A DNA stretch of 64,000 nucleotides from Gemmatales bacterium (GCA_041640595.1 JBEPZY010000001.1:672001-736000), one strand, 5' to 3'. Positions 31,545 to 42,387 are shown, counted from the stretch's first letter. The notes: generated from the sequence alone by a model not told the origin. Made by a program: numbers and translations.

Positions 31545-33357
31545 CGCTCTTGGCCAGGTTGCGAGGCTTATCCACGTCACAACCTCGCAAAAGCGCCACG
31601 TGATAAGCTAGTAACTGCAACGGAATTACCGCCAGGATCGGTTGCAAGTATTCCGGCGCTTCGGGAATGAAAATCACGTCATCGGCGCGGCAGACCGCCT
31701 CCTTACAGCCGGGCGTGGTTATCGCCAGAATTGGACCGCCACGAGCACGAATTTCTTCCATGTTGCTGATGACCTTGTCGAACACCGAACCACGCGGCAC
31801 CAGGAAAACCGAAGGCGTGTTTTCGTCCACCAGGGCAATTGGTCCGTGCTTCATCTCGGCGGCGGGATAACCTTCGGCGTGAATGTAACTGATTTCTTTC
31901 ATCTTCAAGGCGCCCTCTAAGGCCACCGGATAAAGATACTGCCGACCCAGATAAAGGAAGTTGTGGACATGATAATACTTCGCCGCAATGTTGCGAACAA
32001 CCTCATGACAAGCCAGCGTCTGTCGCGCCAGGTCGGGTAAACGACGTAGCTCCTCGATAATACGGGCTCCCTGTGTTGCCGACAGGTGGCGCATGCGTCC
32101 AAAGTAAAGGGCCAGGAGGGTAAGGACAAGCACCTGGGAGGTAAATGCTTTGGTGCTGGCAACGCCTATTTCCGGACCGGCACGAAGGTAAACGCCACCA
32201 TCTGCCTCGCGTGCTATGGTCGAACCGACGACATTGCAAATACTCAATGTTGGTATTCCCTTCCGTTTCGCCTCGCGTACAGCTGCTAACGTGTCAGCAG
32301 TTTCACCGGACTGTGTAATCGCGATCAGGATCGTATTTTGCTCAATGGGGGCGTTGCGATAGCGGAATTCGCTTGCGTATTCGACTTCGACGGGAATTCG
32401 ACTCAGTTCTTCAAACAGGTATTCTCCCACCAGTCCGGCGTGGTACGAGGTGCCGCATCCGGTAAGAATGATTCTGTCCACCTGGCGAAGGCGGCGCGGA
32501 GAAAGATTCAGTCCGCCAAAGTGGGCCGTCGAATCGGTTTCGTCGAGCCGGCCTCGCATGGCGTTTTCCAGGGCTTCCGGCTGCTCGTAAATCTCTTTCA
32601 GCATGTAATGGTCGAAACCATTGAGTTCGACATCCTCAGGTTGCCAATCCAGGGCATGGATGCTCGCCTCTACGGGAGTGCTATCACGATCGAATATTTC
32701 CCAGCGCTCTGGTGTGAGCACGCAGATTTGCCCATCGTTCAGGTAAACCGCCCGCTGGGTGTAACCGACCAGAGCACTGGGATCACTGGCCAGGAACATT
32801 TCCTGTTCACCCAGCCCCACTACCAGCGGCGAACCGAACCGAGCTCCGATGAGCAGGCCGGGATGCCGTGGACTGATAACAGCCAGACCGTAAGTGCCTT
32901 TCAGGCGTGGCAAGGCTTTGCGGACGGCTTCGAGTAAATCCCCTTCGTAGTAGTAGGCAATCAGATGGGCGATAACTTCCGTATCCGTCTGGCTGCGAAA
33001 GACGAAACCTTCGCTTTCCAGTTGTGTTTTGAGATGAGCGTAATTTTCAATGACGCCGTTATGGACCACCGCCACCAGGTTATTGCCCCCGATGTGCGGA
33101 TGGGCATTGTAATCTGTTGCAGCACCGTGGGTAGCCCATCGCGTGTGGCTGATGCCGTGTTTTCCGGAAACCGGTTTTTCCGCAACCAACCGTATTAATT
33201 CGCTGAGCCGACCAGCCTTTTTCCGAACATGTAAGGTGTTGCCAGACAACGTTGCCAGCCCTGCGCTGTCATAGCCGCGGTATTCCAGCCGACGCAAACC
33301 TTCGAGCAAAATCGGCGTAGCCTCACGGTGACCGGTGTAACCAATGATACCGCACAT
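31531..33357 (-). CDS. glmS: Glutamine--fructose-6-phosphate transaminase (isomerizing)
   Basis: MCGIIG, LEYRGYDSAG, HTRWATHG, SGETADTL, DKPRNLAKSVTVE. Confidence 0.98.
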   Translation of the reverse strand: MCGIIGYTGHREATPILLEGLRRLEYRGYDSAGLATLSGNTLHVRKKAGRLSELIRLVAEKPVSGKHGISHTRWATHGAATDYNAHPHIGGNNLVAVVHNGVIENYAHLKTQLESEGFVFRSQTDTEVIAHLIAYYYEGDLLEAVRKALPRLKGTYGLAVISPRHPGLLIGARFGSPLVVGLGEQEMFLASDPSALVGYTQRAVYLNDGQICVLTPERWEIFDRDSTPVEASIHALDWQPEDVELNGFDHYMLKEIYEQPEALENAMRGRLDETDSTAHFGGLNLSPRRLRQVDRIILTGCGTSYHAGLVGEYLFEELSRIPVEVEYASEFRYRNAPIEQNTILIAITQSGETADTLAAVREAKRKGIPTLSICNVVGSTIAREADGGVYLRAGPEIGVASTKAFTSQVLVLTLLALYFGRMRHLSATQGARIIEELRRLPDLARQTLACHEVVRNIAAKYYHVHNFLYLGRQYLYPVALEGALKMKEISYIHAEGYPAAEMKHGPIALVDENTPSVFLVPRGSVFDKVISNMEEIRARGGPILAITTPGCKEAVCRADDVIFIPEAPEYLQPILAVIPLQLLAYHVALLRGCDVDKPRNLAKSVTVE

Positions 33358-33603
33358 ATTTTCTCCTCCCGAATAGCGCCGGTCTCGAAGATGCTCCGCA
33401 CCGGAGTAAATCTGTCTCCCAATGTGGGCCGAAGAAAATCCCGCAACTTATGAAAAGCTGTGCCCGCAAAAGGCATTCCCGACCCCGCCATGTAGCAGCC
33501 GGCGATGATGCGAGCAAGAGCAGTTCAGGAAAACGGCGATGCCTGGGTCTGGAAGCAGCCAGTAAAATGGCAGTGTCGAAAAGGAAGGAGTCAGGGGCTG
33601 GCA

Positions 33604-34026
33604 ATGAAAACTTTCACACGCTATCTCACGATGCATCTGCCGCAACGCTACGGCTTTGTCAACATCACGCCTCAAGTGAAACAGGCGGTGCGGGAAAGTG
33701 GAGTGAAGGAAGGGATTTGCCTGGTCAACAGCATGCACATCACCAGTTCGGTGTTCATCAACGACGATGAACGTGGCCTGCATGAGGATTTTTTGCGTTG
33801 GTTGGAACAACTGGCTCCTCACAATCCCGATCCCGACGTTTATCACCACAACCGGACGGGTGAAGATAACGCGGATGCGCATTTGAAGCGGCAAATCATG
33901 GGGCGGGAAGTGGTCGTGGCGATTACCAACGGGGAATTGGACTTCGGGCCGTGGGAACAAATTTTTTACGGCGAGTTTGATGGCCGCCGACCCAAACGTG
34001 TGCTCATCAAGATCATCGGCGACTGA
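33604..34026 (+). CDS. YjbQ/UPF0047 family protein
   Basis: [37 protein letters not shown]. Confidence 0.92.
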   Translation: MKTFTRYLTMHLPQRYGFVNITPQVKQAVRESGVKEGICLVNSMHITSSVFINDDERGLHEDFLRWLEQLAPHNPDPDVYHHNRTGEDNADAHLKRQIMGREVVVAITNGELDFGPWEQIFYGEFDGRRPKRVLIKIIGD

Positions 34027-34027
34027 G

Positions 34028-35350
34028 ATGTTTCCGAAGACGGCTTTTCTTGTCGCAACCTCGCAAGCGCCCAGTTGGGGGCAATCGCAATGGCAGACCT
34101 TCGCGCCGTTCGGTATTGCCCTGGCTATCGGTTGCTTGATTGGCCTGGAACGAGAAAGGTCGGCTCCAACGGAGAATCAGGGCCTACCAGGTGGCATTCG
34201 CACCTTCCCGTTGATAGGTTTGCTCGGGTGCAGTGCTGCCTGGTTTGGAGAGCAGATTCATCTGGCCGTTTTCGTGGCGCTGACGGCAGGTTTTGCGGCG
34301 ATAGTGGTGATGGCTTACTTTTTGACCGGAAGTCGTGGTGACATCGGCATGACAACCGAAGTAGCCGCTTTGTTAACTTACCTGTTCGGAGCCATGACTT
34401 ACCAGGGACACTGGTTGCTGGCGGCAGGGCTGGCGGTTGCGACCACCGTGTTGCTCTCGTTGCGCCGAATATTGCACGAATGGGTGCGGCGAATTTCGGA
34501 GCAAGATTTATACGCGGCGTTACAGCTGGCGGTTACGACTGTCATTATTTTGCCTTTGTTGCCCGACGTGGATTATGGCCCCGAGCCGGTTCGTTTGTTC
34601 AATCCATTTCGCACCTGGCTGCTGGTGGTGCTGGTGAGTGGGGTTGGCTTTGTAGCCTACGTCGTTATGCGCTGGATCGGGCCCCGGTGGGGATTGCCAC
34701 TCACGGGTCTGCTCGGAGGAATGATTTCGAGCACTGCGGTTACTTTGGCGCTGGCACAACGGGCCAGCCAGGAACCCCACCTGAGCCGGCATTATGCTCT
34801 GGCGATCGGCCTTTCCTGGGCGGCGATGAGTTTCCGGGTGCTGGTGGTGACCAGCCTGGTGGAGTGGGAGTTGCTTGGGTATCTCGCACCGCCGTTCGTA
34901 TTGGCGTCATTACTGTCCGGAGGAACAGCCCTGGCACTGCTGGCTCCGCAGGTGGCGCGAGAACCAATCGAACTACCTGCACGAAACCCGTTCTCGCTCT
35001 GGTCAGCCATACGGTTGGCAGGGTTATTCGTGCTGATACTATTCGCGGTTCGCATGGCTCAGTATTATTTTTCCGAGTCCGGCTTGCTTTTGGCCTCGGT
35101 GCTGGCTGGTGTGGCTGATATGGACTCCATCACGTTGAGTCTGGCACAATTTGCGGCCCGAGGTGAACTTGCGCCGCACCTGGCCATGTTCGGTATTTGC
35201 CTGGCCGCCCTGAGCAATACGCTGACCAAGACGTTCCTGGCCCTTTTCTTCGGCAAAGCTGGGCTTGGGGTTTTGGTAGTCGGCCTCGGTTTATTGACCA
35301 TCCTCGGAGGAGCAACCGGATTACTGCTGGTGATGGCTTTTATCTCGTGA
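34028..35350 (+). CDS. MgtC/SapB family protein with DUF4010-type C-terminal domain
   Basis: ALAIGCLIGLERE, GIRTFPL, GMTTEVA, GGMISSTAVT, GVADMDSITLS. Confidence 0.88.
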   Translation: MFPKTAFLVATSQAPSWGQSQWQTFAPFGIALAIGCLIGLERERSAPTENQGLPGGIRTFPLIGLLGCSAAWFGEQIHLAVFVALTAGFAAIVVMAYFLTGSRGDIGMTTEVAALLTYLFGAMTYQGHWLLAAGLAVATTVLLSLRRILHEWVRRISEQDLYAALQLAVTTVIILPLLPDVDYGPEPVRLFNPFRTWLLVVLVSGVGFVAYVVMRWIGPRWGLPLTGLLGGMISSTAVTLALAQRASQEPHLSRHYALAIGLSWAAMSFRVLVVTSLVEWELLGYLAPPFVLASLLSGGTALALLAPQVAREPIELPARNPFSLWSAIRLAGLFVLILFAVRMAQYYFSESGLLLASVLAGVADMDSITLSLAQFAARGELAPHLAMFGICLAALSNTLTKTFLALFFGKAGLGVLVVGLGLLTILGGATGLLLVMAFIS

Positions 35351-35365
35351 CAGGCAGGACTGGCC

Positions 35366-37066
35366 ATGGAACAAGTCGTCCACGTGCGCGTCTGTGATGC
35401 TCAGACGGGCGCTTCTCTGCCGTGCCGACTCTTAATCCGGGATACCACTGGCCAGCTGCACGTACCGTTAGGTTACCTGCGCAATCCCTCGGTAGAAGAA
35501 GGCCAGGAAGTCGGCGGACATCTGGTGCAAGGTGGCGACGTTTGGACTTACATAGATGGCCAGTGTGAAGTGCGTTTGCCTCCCGGACGGTTGTTCTTCC
35601 AGGTTCGGCGAGGCTTGCGCTATCTACCTCTTTGCACAGAGGAAGACCGGGGCCTGGGACGAATCGCTGTTCGTCTGCGTATGCGGCAGGCGATTTCGTC
35701 GGAGCCAGGGTGGTACTGGGCAGACACACGTGCTCACTGGCTGACGCCTGCTGCCGCGGCTCTTGAAGGTGCAGCAGAAGACCTTGATCTCGTTCATGTC
35801 CTGGCAGCCCGCTGGGATCGGCCAGGACTGCCTCGCATTTCTAACCTTTTGGATTTCAGTGGGCAGCAAGTCTTGCTGGAACGTTACGGGTGTAAGGTAG
35901 TGGTCAATACCTACCAGCGCGGTGGTGCTTGGGGCGACCTGGCATTGCTCCATTGTCATCGAATTGTTTTTCCGCTGGTGTCGGGAGAAACCGGCTTTGA
36001 ACACTACACCTTGGCTGATTGGTGCTACCAGTGCCACCGCAAAGGCGGACTGGTCATCTGGCCCGGTTTTCCCGGTGAAATGGGAGAACGCTTCCTGCTG
36101 GCGGTGCTTGGAGACATAGACGGGATCGAATGGTGCGGCGAAACGTTATGCGCTCAGGAAGCGCAGGCTTCGGACCCGTCGAATCAACCCGCTAAATTGG
36201 GCCCAGACGATTGTGCTGACTGCACATCCGGCCTGCAACCCGACACCGGTTTGACTGCCGGAGGGTTAGCTCTTTGGTATGCTTTACTTAATCTGGGCAA
36301 GCGTCTGGCCATTGTCGGAGCCAGTGGCAAGCGCTCCAACGCTACTCCCCTCGGGGCTGTTCGCACGGCGACGTTTCTTGGAGCCGAGCCACTAACGCCA
36401 GCTGCCTGGGTGGCGGCTGTCAAACGAGGCCAAACTTACGCTACATGCGGTCCCGTTCTGCGCTGGCAAATCAACGGGCAGCAGAACATCTGGAACTGGC
36501 CACCTCCTGCTGGCGAACTCCAACACGGTCCCCCTGAACGCCTTGAAGATGCATCCTCACAACAGACTGCCGTTCCGCTCCCTCAAAAGTCCGAACCGGA
36601 AGTTTTGGACATTCAGGTTCAAGCTCGCAGTGTCTTGCCATTTATGCGTCTGGAGTTGATATGTGCTGGACAGGTGATGGAAAGTGCTTCCGCGAGCGAA
36701 ACAGTAGTTGAAGCGGTTGAAGGATCGAAAGCGAGTGTCGGGAATGCCGAGAGAGATGCTAACCACTCGCCTCGAATCTGGCTTGCGGAACTGCGCTGGC
36801 AAATTCGGTTCGACAAGCTCGCCGAACTACCTGGCAATTGGCTGGCCCTTCGCTGCTGGCGAGGGGATTGCCTGGTGGCGCATTCCTCGGCGATATGGTT
36901 ACCGACCTTTGCACAGCTAAGCAGAGCGGATCGGGACTTGCTGGAACATGCCCTTGGTAAAAGCGAGGCGATTATTCAAAACACGGCCCATCCGCGGCGA
37001 GAGACATTGTTGCAGCGGCTAGACGAAGCTCGCGCACTCATTCATTGCCGTGGTCGGAACCGCTAA
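35366..37066 (+). CDS. CehA/McbA-like PHP-fold metallohydrolase homolog, apparently degenerate
   Basis: Overall architecture (GWYWADTRAH, CHRKGGLVIW, WYALLNLG, GAVRT, VKRGQTYATCGP). Confidence 0.65.
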   Translation: MEQVVHVRVCDAQTGASLPCRLLIRDTTGQLHVPLGYLRNPSVEEGQEVGGHLVQGGDVWTYIDGQCEVRLPPGRLFFQVRRGLRYLPLCTEEDRGLGRIAVRLRMRQAISSEPGWYWADTRAHWLTPAAAALEGAAEDLDLVHVLAARWDRPGLPRISNLLDFSGQQVLLERYGCKVVVNTYQRGGAWGDLALLHCHRIVFPLVSGETGFEHYTLADWCYQCHRKGGLVIWPGFPGEMGERFLLAVLGDIDGIEWCGETLCAQEAQASDPSNQPAKLGPDDCADCTSGLQPDTGLTAGGLALWYALLNLGKRLAIVGASGKRSNATPLGAVRTATFLGAEPLTPAAWVAAVKRGQTYATCGPVLRWQINGQQNIWNWPPPAGELQHGPPERLEDASSQQTAVPLPQKSEPEVLDIQVQARSVLPFMRLELICAGQVMESASASETVVEAVEGSKASVGNAERDANHSPRIWLAELRWQIRFDKLAELPGNWLALRCWRGDCLVAHSSAIWLPTFAQLSRADRDLLEHALGKSEAIIQNTAHPRRETLLQRLDEARALIHCRGRNR

Positions 37067-37076
37067 TAGTTTTTGC

Positions 37077-37106
37077 TTGACGGCGGCCCCAGCGCATTTT
37101 TATAAT
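37077..37106 (+). promoter_or_regulatory. Sigma70-type promoter for the second DUF1559 gene
   Basis: TTGACG (37077-37082), N18 spacer, TATAAT (37101-37106). Confidence 0.7.
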
Positions 37107-37162
37107 TTGGTAAGTGTGGCCTTTCCGGATGAATTTATGCTGCTCATCAAAGGAGGCGGAGC

Positions 37163-38110
37163 ATGTACAGGCGAAGAGCATTTACGCTCATTGAATTGCT
37201 CGTGGTAATTGCCATCATCGGCTTGCTTCTGGCGTTACTTTTACCGGCCATCCAGCGTGTGAGGGAAGCATCCAATCGCATGCGTTGTGGCAACAACCTG
37301 CGGCAACTGGCGATTGCACTTCACAATTATCACAACACCCATAGCGCATTTCCCTATGGCGGTAAAAATGCTTGCGACAACCCGGTGGATCCCAACACAC
37401 CTGCTGGCTATTGTCCCGACCCTAGTGGCTCAGGGGGTTGTTGCGCGCCGTTTCCTCACTCCAATCCTGATCTGCGAACAGAGTGGAACTGGACGTACCA
37501 TATTTTGCCTTACCTGGAGTTAGATTATGTCCATAGGAATACCAATGCCAGTCAGGTGCAAAATTACATCGTTGCTCTTTTCTATTGCCCGACGCGCCGG
37601 CGTCCTAATGCCCCGAGTCGAAGTGACTATGCAGGCAATATAGGCAGCTCCAGTTCCCAATCTAATATCAATGGTGTTTTCGTGCACAACAGCAGACCTT
37701 TCCCAGTTTCCGTGGACCAGATTTTCGATGGGACCAGCAACACGATATTGCTGGGTGAGAAGCAAGTTTCTGTGCGATTTATGGGACAGTCAGGTTATTG
37801 CTGCGATGACAATGAATCGCCATTTACCCCTGGTTGGGATGCGGACGTGCTCCGCTTCGGTAACGCCACACTAGCCGCTAACTATAGTAGCGGCCCACCT
37901 GGGCCCGATAACCAGGATCCGCATGATTTGGCCAACTCAGCTAGCGGACCCAGTTCCTGGCGATTTGGTTCGCGGCATCCTGGCTCGTTCAATGCTGTAA
38001 TGGCGGACCACAGTGTCAGGAAGATTCGCTTTACCTGCAACCCGATGATGTTCCAGAACCTGTGTGTCCGTGATGATGGCAATGCGGTCAATTTCAGTCA
38101 ACTCGAATGA
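37163..38110 (+). CDS. DUF1559-family protein with prepilin-type N-terminus
   Basis: [51 protein letters not shown]. Confidence 0.92.
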   Translation: MYRRRAFTLIELLVVIAIIGLLLALLLPAIQRVREASNRMRCGNNLRQLAIALHNYHNTHSAFPYGGKNACDNPVDPNTPAGYCPDPSGSGGCCAPFPHSNPDLRTEWNWTYHILPYLELDYVHRNTNASQVQNYIVALFYCPTRRRPNAPSRSDYAGNIGSSSSQSNINGVFVHNSRPFPVSVDQIFDGTSNTILLGEKQVSVRFMGQSGYCCDDNESPFTPGWDADVLRFGNATLAANYSSGPPGPDNQDPHDLANSASGPSSWRFGSRHPGSFNAVMADHSVRKIRFTCNPMMFQNLCVRDDGNAVNFSQLE

Positions 38111-38149
38111 GCAACTCGGAGATGCTACAGGATGTTTTGGGGCACCACG

Positions 38150-38326
38150 ATGCGAAAATGGCTGCTGCGCGTGTTTGTTGCGGTCATGGTTGGGGCGGCT
38201 GTGACCGGCTGCGGTAACGGTACTCGACCGCCAACGGAAGAGGAAATCCGCAAATACGAGGAGGAACACAAGAAAGCCGTTGAACAGGAGGCACAGCAGC
38301 AACATCGTACCGATCAGGAACAGTAG
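38150..38326 (+). CDS. Small lipoprotein accompanying DUF1559
   Basis: MRKWLLRVFVAVMVGAAVTG-C lipobox followed by a charged helix. Confidence 0.75.
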   Translation: MRKWLLRVFVAVMVGAAVTGCGNGTRPPTEEEIRKYEEEHKKAVEQEAQQQHRTDQEQ

Positions 38327-38566
38327 TCAATTTCCTTAGGCGTCCGAAAAAGATTCGACCAGTGCATCGCCTGCAGGCTGCTCTGGTCGCTTTTGGCATT
38401 TTGCGTGGATTCTCTAACAAGCTCGCTGCGTGAATTCGCTGGAGGCACGCGGCTTTGCTTTTTCCGATGACTTGCGTGGGCTGTGCTTTACTTTTTGTTG
38501 CTGCTCAGCAATAATGTTTCCCTGCTCAGAAGCGTTGCCGAGACTATGCAGGGAGCATTGCAAACC

Positions 38567-39175
38567 ATGCCTTATAGTGCGCGACTGGCAAAAGCCCTGG
38601 ACTACGCGGTTGGTTTGTTTGGCGAACAGAAGCGCAAAGTGGGTGGTGCCCCGGTCATATCCCATTTGCTGATGGTGGCAGCTTTGGTAAGCGAGGCAGG
38701 CGGTGATGAAGACCAGATCATCGCTGCGTTATTGCACGACGCTGCCGAAGATGCTGGCGGTGAGCGTACCCTGCAGCAAATTCGTGAGCAGTTCGGCGAC
38801 CGTGTGGCCATGATCGTGGACTGGTGTTCCGATACACTGGAGTTTCCAAAGCCCCCCTGGGAGACGCGAAAGCGGGCGCACGTGCAACGACTTTATCAGG
38901 CGCCTTCGGAAGCTTTGCTGGTTGTACTCGCGGACAAACTTCACAACGCTCGCTCTATCCTGGCAGCCCTGCGGCGAATCGGCCCAGAGGTTTTTTCCTT
39001 CTTTTCCGGCGGTCGGGACGGAACGCTCTGGTACTATCGGGAAATGGTACGGCTATTCCGGAAACAGCTTCCCGACTGCGACCTGACAGGCGAGCTTACC
39101 CGCACAGTGGAAGAAATCCATCGCCGCCTCGAAAACCCTCCGCTCCCCGTTAGTTATGAACAGCCGGGGCAGTGA
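38567..39175 (+). CDS. Stand-alone HD-domain hydrolase of the RelA/SpoT type (Mesh1/small alarmone hydrolase-like)
   Basis: QKRK..SHLLMVA, AALLHDAAED, ADKLHNARS; start uncertain (38546 or 38567). Confidence 0.85.
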   Translation: MPYSARLAKALDYAVGLFGEQKRKVGGAPVISHLLMVAALVSEAGGDEDQIIAALLHDAAEDAGGERTLQQIREQFGDRVAMIVDWCSDTLEFPKPPWETRKRAHVQRLYQAPSEALLVVLADKLHNARSILAALRRIGPEVFSFFSGGRDGTLWYYREMVRLFRKQLPDCDLTGELTRTVEEIHRRLENPPLPVSYEQPGQ

Positions 39176-39207
39176 AGCGACTCGCCGTAACCCGGAACGG
39201 GAGCGTA

Positions 39208-40755
39208 TCAGAGCGTCGGACCGATAGTCCAGGGGGCGAACTCTTCCTCGCCGACACCGTGTAATTCGCTTTTGGTTTTTTTGCCGCTGGCCACTGCAAG
39301 AATCTCCTCGAAAATCATCCTGCCCACGTCCGCAACGCTAACCCCGCGACTCAGGATTACGCCGGCATCTATGTCCATGTCGTCGGACATTCGCTCGTAA
39401 AGCGGAGTGTTTGTCGAGACCTTTATCGTGGGTACCGGTTTACAACCGTAAACCGAACCGCGACCGGTGGTGAAAACTGCAATGTTACAACCGCCCGCTA
39501 CCAGCCCAGTCATCGAGACGGGATCATAGCCGGGGGTATCCATCACCACCAAACCCGTGGAACGAATAGGCTCGGCATACAGGACAACGTCCATGAGCGC
39601 TGTGGTGCCACCTTTAGCTACCGCACCGAGCGATTTTTCGTAGATCGTGGTCAAGCCACCGGCCTTGTTTCCTGGAGAAGGATTGTTGTTGATTTCCGCC
39701 CCGAACAGTCCCGTGTACCATTCCCACCAGCGAATCCGCTCGACCAGTTTCTCCCCGACCGCACGTGTGATCGCCCGGCGAGTAAGAAGATGCTCGGCAC
39801 CGTAAATTTCCGGTGTTTCTGCGAGAACCACGGTACCGCCCTGGGCGACCAGCAGATCGGAAGCGTAGCCCAGCGCGGGATTTGCCGTCACGCCGCTGTT
39901 ACCGTCGGAGCCACCACATTGCGTGGCCAGCACCAGCTTGCTTGCCGGGAGAGAAACGCGCTTCACGTCGTTGACGCGGGGCAGTATCTCAGCAACGGCA
40001 CGCACACCGGCTTCGACCGTTCTCGCAATGCCGCCACATTCCTGAATGGTCAGCACTACAGGCAACGAATGCTTCTGTCCCAGCTGCAAAAGGCCTCCCT
40101 GCACCAGATGCAAAGCCTGAGCGGTTTCACAGCCTAATCCGACCAGAATGGAGGCACCGATATTGGCATGGCGAGCGAATCCCGCCAGAGTACGCTCCAG
40201 TTGTTGATGGTCAGGCCCTTCAAACGGAATTGCGCAACCGCTCTTATGAGTGATGGCAATCACGCCGTCCACATTGGGATATTGACGCAGCAGGTCGCTG
40301 TGGCGGATGCGTTCGGAAATGTATTTACTCACGCTGGCCGAACAGTTTACCGTACTGATAACGGCCACGTAGTTTCGTGTGCCATACCTGCCGTCGCCGC
40401 GATCGTAGCCGTGGAAGTAGCGTACTTCCTCTGCACGTACCGGTGGCGGGACCTCCGTACAGAACGCATAATCCCGTTCAAAACGCCCCAGGTGAACGTT
40501 GTGCACGTGCACATGTTCGCCAGGAACAATATCCTGGCTGGCAAAGCCGATGATCTGCCCGAACTTGCGAATAGCCTCCCCGCGAACAATTGGTCGCAGG
40601 GCCACTTTGTGCCCCATAGGAATACTTCCGGTCAACCGAATTCGCTGTCCGTTGCAACTTATTGCCTGGCCAGCTTCGAGATTGCGAGCGGCAACGGCTA
40701 CGTTATCTTCCAATCGCAAATGCACCACATCCGGCGGTGTGTGGGTATTGGACAT
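39208..40755 (-). CDS. UxaA/GarD-family sugar-acid dehydratase with SAF domain
   Basis: DNVAVA, GHKVAL, QCGGSD, NNNPSPGNKAGGLTTIYEKSLG, FTTGRG. Confidence 0.93.
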   Translation of the reverse strand: MSNTHTPPDVVHLRLEDNVAVAARNLEAGQAISCNGQRIRLTGSIPMGHKVALRPIVRGEAIRKFGQIIGFASQDIVPGEHVHVHNVHLGRFERDYAFCTEVPPPVRAEEVRYFHGYDRGDGRYGTRNYVAVISTVNCSASVSKYISERIRHSDLLRQYPNVDGVIAITHKSGCAIPFEGPDHQQLERTLAGFARHANIGASILVGLGCETAQALHLVQGGLLQLGQKHSLPVVLTIQECGGIARTVEAGVRAVAEILPRVNDVKRVSLPASKLVLATQCGGSDGNSGVTANPALGYASDLLVAQGGTVVLAETPEIYGAEHLLTRRAITRAVGEKLVERIRWWEWYTGLFGAEINNNPSPGNKAGGLTTIYEKSLGAVAKGGTTALMDVVLYAEPIRSTGLVVMDTPGYDPVSMTGLVAGGCNIAVFTTGRGSVYGCKPVPTIKVSTNTPLYERMSDDMDIDAGVILSRGVSVADVGRMIFEEILAVASGKKTKSELHGVGEEEFAPWTIGPTL

Positions 40756-40874
40756 GGCAACCCTCGGGTTATGGCCTTATGGTTCGTTTGTCCATAAGGT
40801 CGGCACACTGGTTTGCTTACGCCGACTAGGGCGTAGGCGAGTTACTCTGGATATTGTATCTGTGGAGATAGCGA

Positions 40875-41852
40875 ATGCCGGCAACAAAACCTTATCTGCA
40901 TCTGCAACACTGGCTTACCATCGGCGAGCTTTTACGCATCAGCAACCTTCCCACCGCCTGGGCTGATGTTGCCTGTGGCTGGCTCATTGGTGTGCACCAT
41001 GGCCCGGAGGGAATGGTCGTTCCAGGCAACTTGGCCGGTCTTTTGGGACTCCTGATCAGTAGCAGTGGCCTCTATCTTTCGGGCATGGCCTGGAACGATT
41101 TTTTTGACGCCGCAGTGGATGCGGTAGAACGCCCCTGGCGACCGATTCCTTCCGGCCGTATCAGCCGTCAAACTGCCGCTGCAATTGCAAGCGGGCTGAT
41201 GCTGACGGGCATCCTCGCCGCAGGCCTGACCTCGTGGTGGAATGCGACCTGCCTGCCCCTGGCGCTCAGTGGTTGTCTCGCCTTACTTATCCTGGCCTAT
41301 GACGGCTGGCTCAAGCAAAACTGGACTGGCCCGTTTGTCCTGGGAGCGTGCCGCTTCCTGAATGTGATCCTGGGTGGCAGTTTGACCCCGGAAGTCTTTT
41401 CCTCGTGGTTGCTGTACGTCGCTGCCACCAATGGCGTTTATGTCATCGGCGTAAGCTCGCTAGCGCGGGGCGAGACCGGGAACGTCAGCCGGGCTTGGTT
41501 CCTCGCTTCCGGCCTGTTCCTGACGCTTTCGTTTTTGATGACGCTGGCGACTGGCGTTTGGCCCATCATTGGAGTTTCTGATTACGCATCCGTCTCGGAG
41601 CATCCACGCTGGTCATGGTTCGTGTGGTGGACCATGTTTGCTTGGTGGGGAGTTGGGCTAGTGCGGCTGATCCTTGGTGTGCGATCCACACAGACCCCTG
41701 GTCAGATACAGCAAGTCGTTGGAAAGCTTCTGGCCAGGATAACTGTGCTGGACGCGCTTCTGGCAGCAGCAATCGTTGGCCCTGTCGCGTATCTTATTGC
41801 TGTGCTGATGGTTCCCGCGTGGTGGCTGCGGCGGTTCTTCGCGCCTTCGTAA
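40875..41852 (+). CDS. UbiA-family prenyltransferase (EboC-like)
   Basis: LLRISNLPTAWAD, WNDFFDAAVDAVERPWRPIPSGR, GACRFLNVILG. Confidence 0.88.
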   Translation: MPATKPYLHLQHWLTIGELLRISNLPTAWADVACGWLIGVHHGPEGMVVPGNLAGLLGLLISSSGLYLSGMAWNDFFDAAVDAVERPWRPIPSGRISRQTAAAIASGLMLTGILAAGLTSWWNATCLPLALSGCLALLILAYDGWLKQNWTGPFVLGACRFLNVILGGSLTPEVFSSWLLYVAATNGVYVIGVSSLARGETGNVSRAWFLASGLFLTLSFLMTLATGVWPIIGVSDYASVSEHPRWSWFVWWTMFAWWGVGLVRLILGVRSTQTPGQIQQVVGKLLARITVLDALLAAAIVGPVAYLIAVLMVPAWWLRRFFAPS

Positions 41853-41931
41853 TTCGCTTCTTCCCGGTTGCCGCTACTCGCCAACGTTGTTGCCGTAATA
41901 GTCTCGCCAACCGCAGGAATTGCCGGGCTGT

Positions 41932-42387
41932 TTATTGCGGATTCGTCGGTAATAACATCGGCCCCGGTGATCCTGGGCGGAACTGAAGACTGTAAAGAAC
42001 GGGGCCCTGGTCTGGAACGAAGATGAGGGTCTGTAGCAACACCCGGCCGGTCTGAGCGTCTCGAACGATAACGGGACGGCGACTCTGGGCTGGCAAACGC
42101 TCCCAGACAGTTTCGCCCGGCACCAGGCGAATGGAGGCACCGGCTCCGGGAGTCAAACCGATGACCAGTACAGGAATTTTCAGGTCGTTGCGGATGCCGA
42201 CACGGACCGGCGACGGCTCCAGGGCCAAAAGCGTTTCAGCCCTGCTTGCGACAGTCATGCCGATTAGGAAAGCAAGCCGCCATGCCAGACGCACGGAATA
42301 CCTCCATCTGTTTGCCACTAGCATAACGCAGGAAAAGAGCCGAACTTGCGCTAAGTAGGTGCCCCCTAGCGGTGTTGCGATGCTCAA
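41932..42387 (-). CDS. Hypothetical exported protein (start uncertain)
   Basis: Fills the gap between two genes; signal-like segment LAFLIGMTVASRA then a beta-rich domain. Confidence 0.5.
   Translation of the reverse strand: MSIATPLGGTYLAQVRLFSCVMLVANRWRYSVRLAWRLAFLIGMTVASRAETLLALEPSPVRVGIRNDLKIPVLVIGLTPGAGASIRLVPGETVWERLPAQSRRPVIVRDAQTGRVLLQTLIFVPDQGPVLYSLQFRPGSPGPMLLPTNPQ

Noticed and set aside
33358..33603. glmS ribozyme upstream of glmS
   Set aside because: AGCGCC occurs only on the wrong strand and the rest of the core was not seen.
40801..40818. Sigma54 promoter GGCAC...TTGC before the UbiA gene
   Set aside because: GG-to-GC spacing is one base too long.
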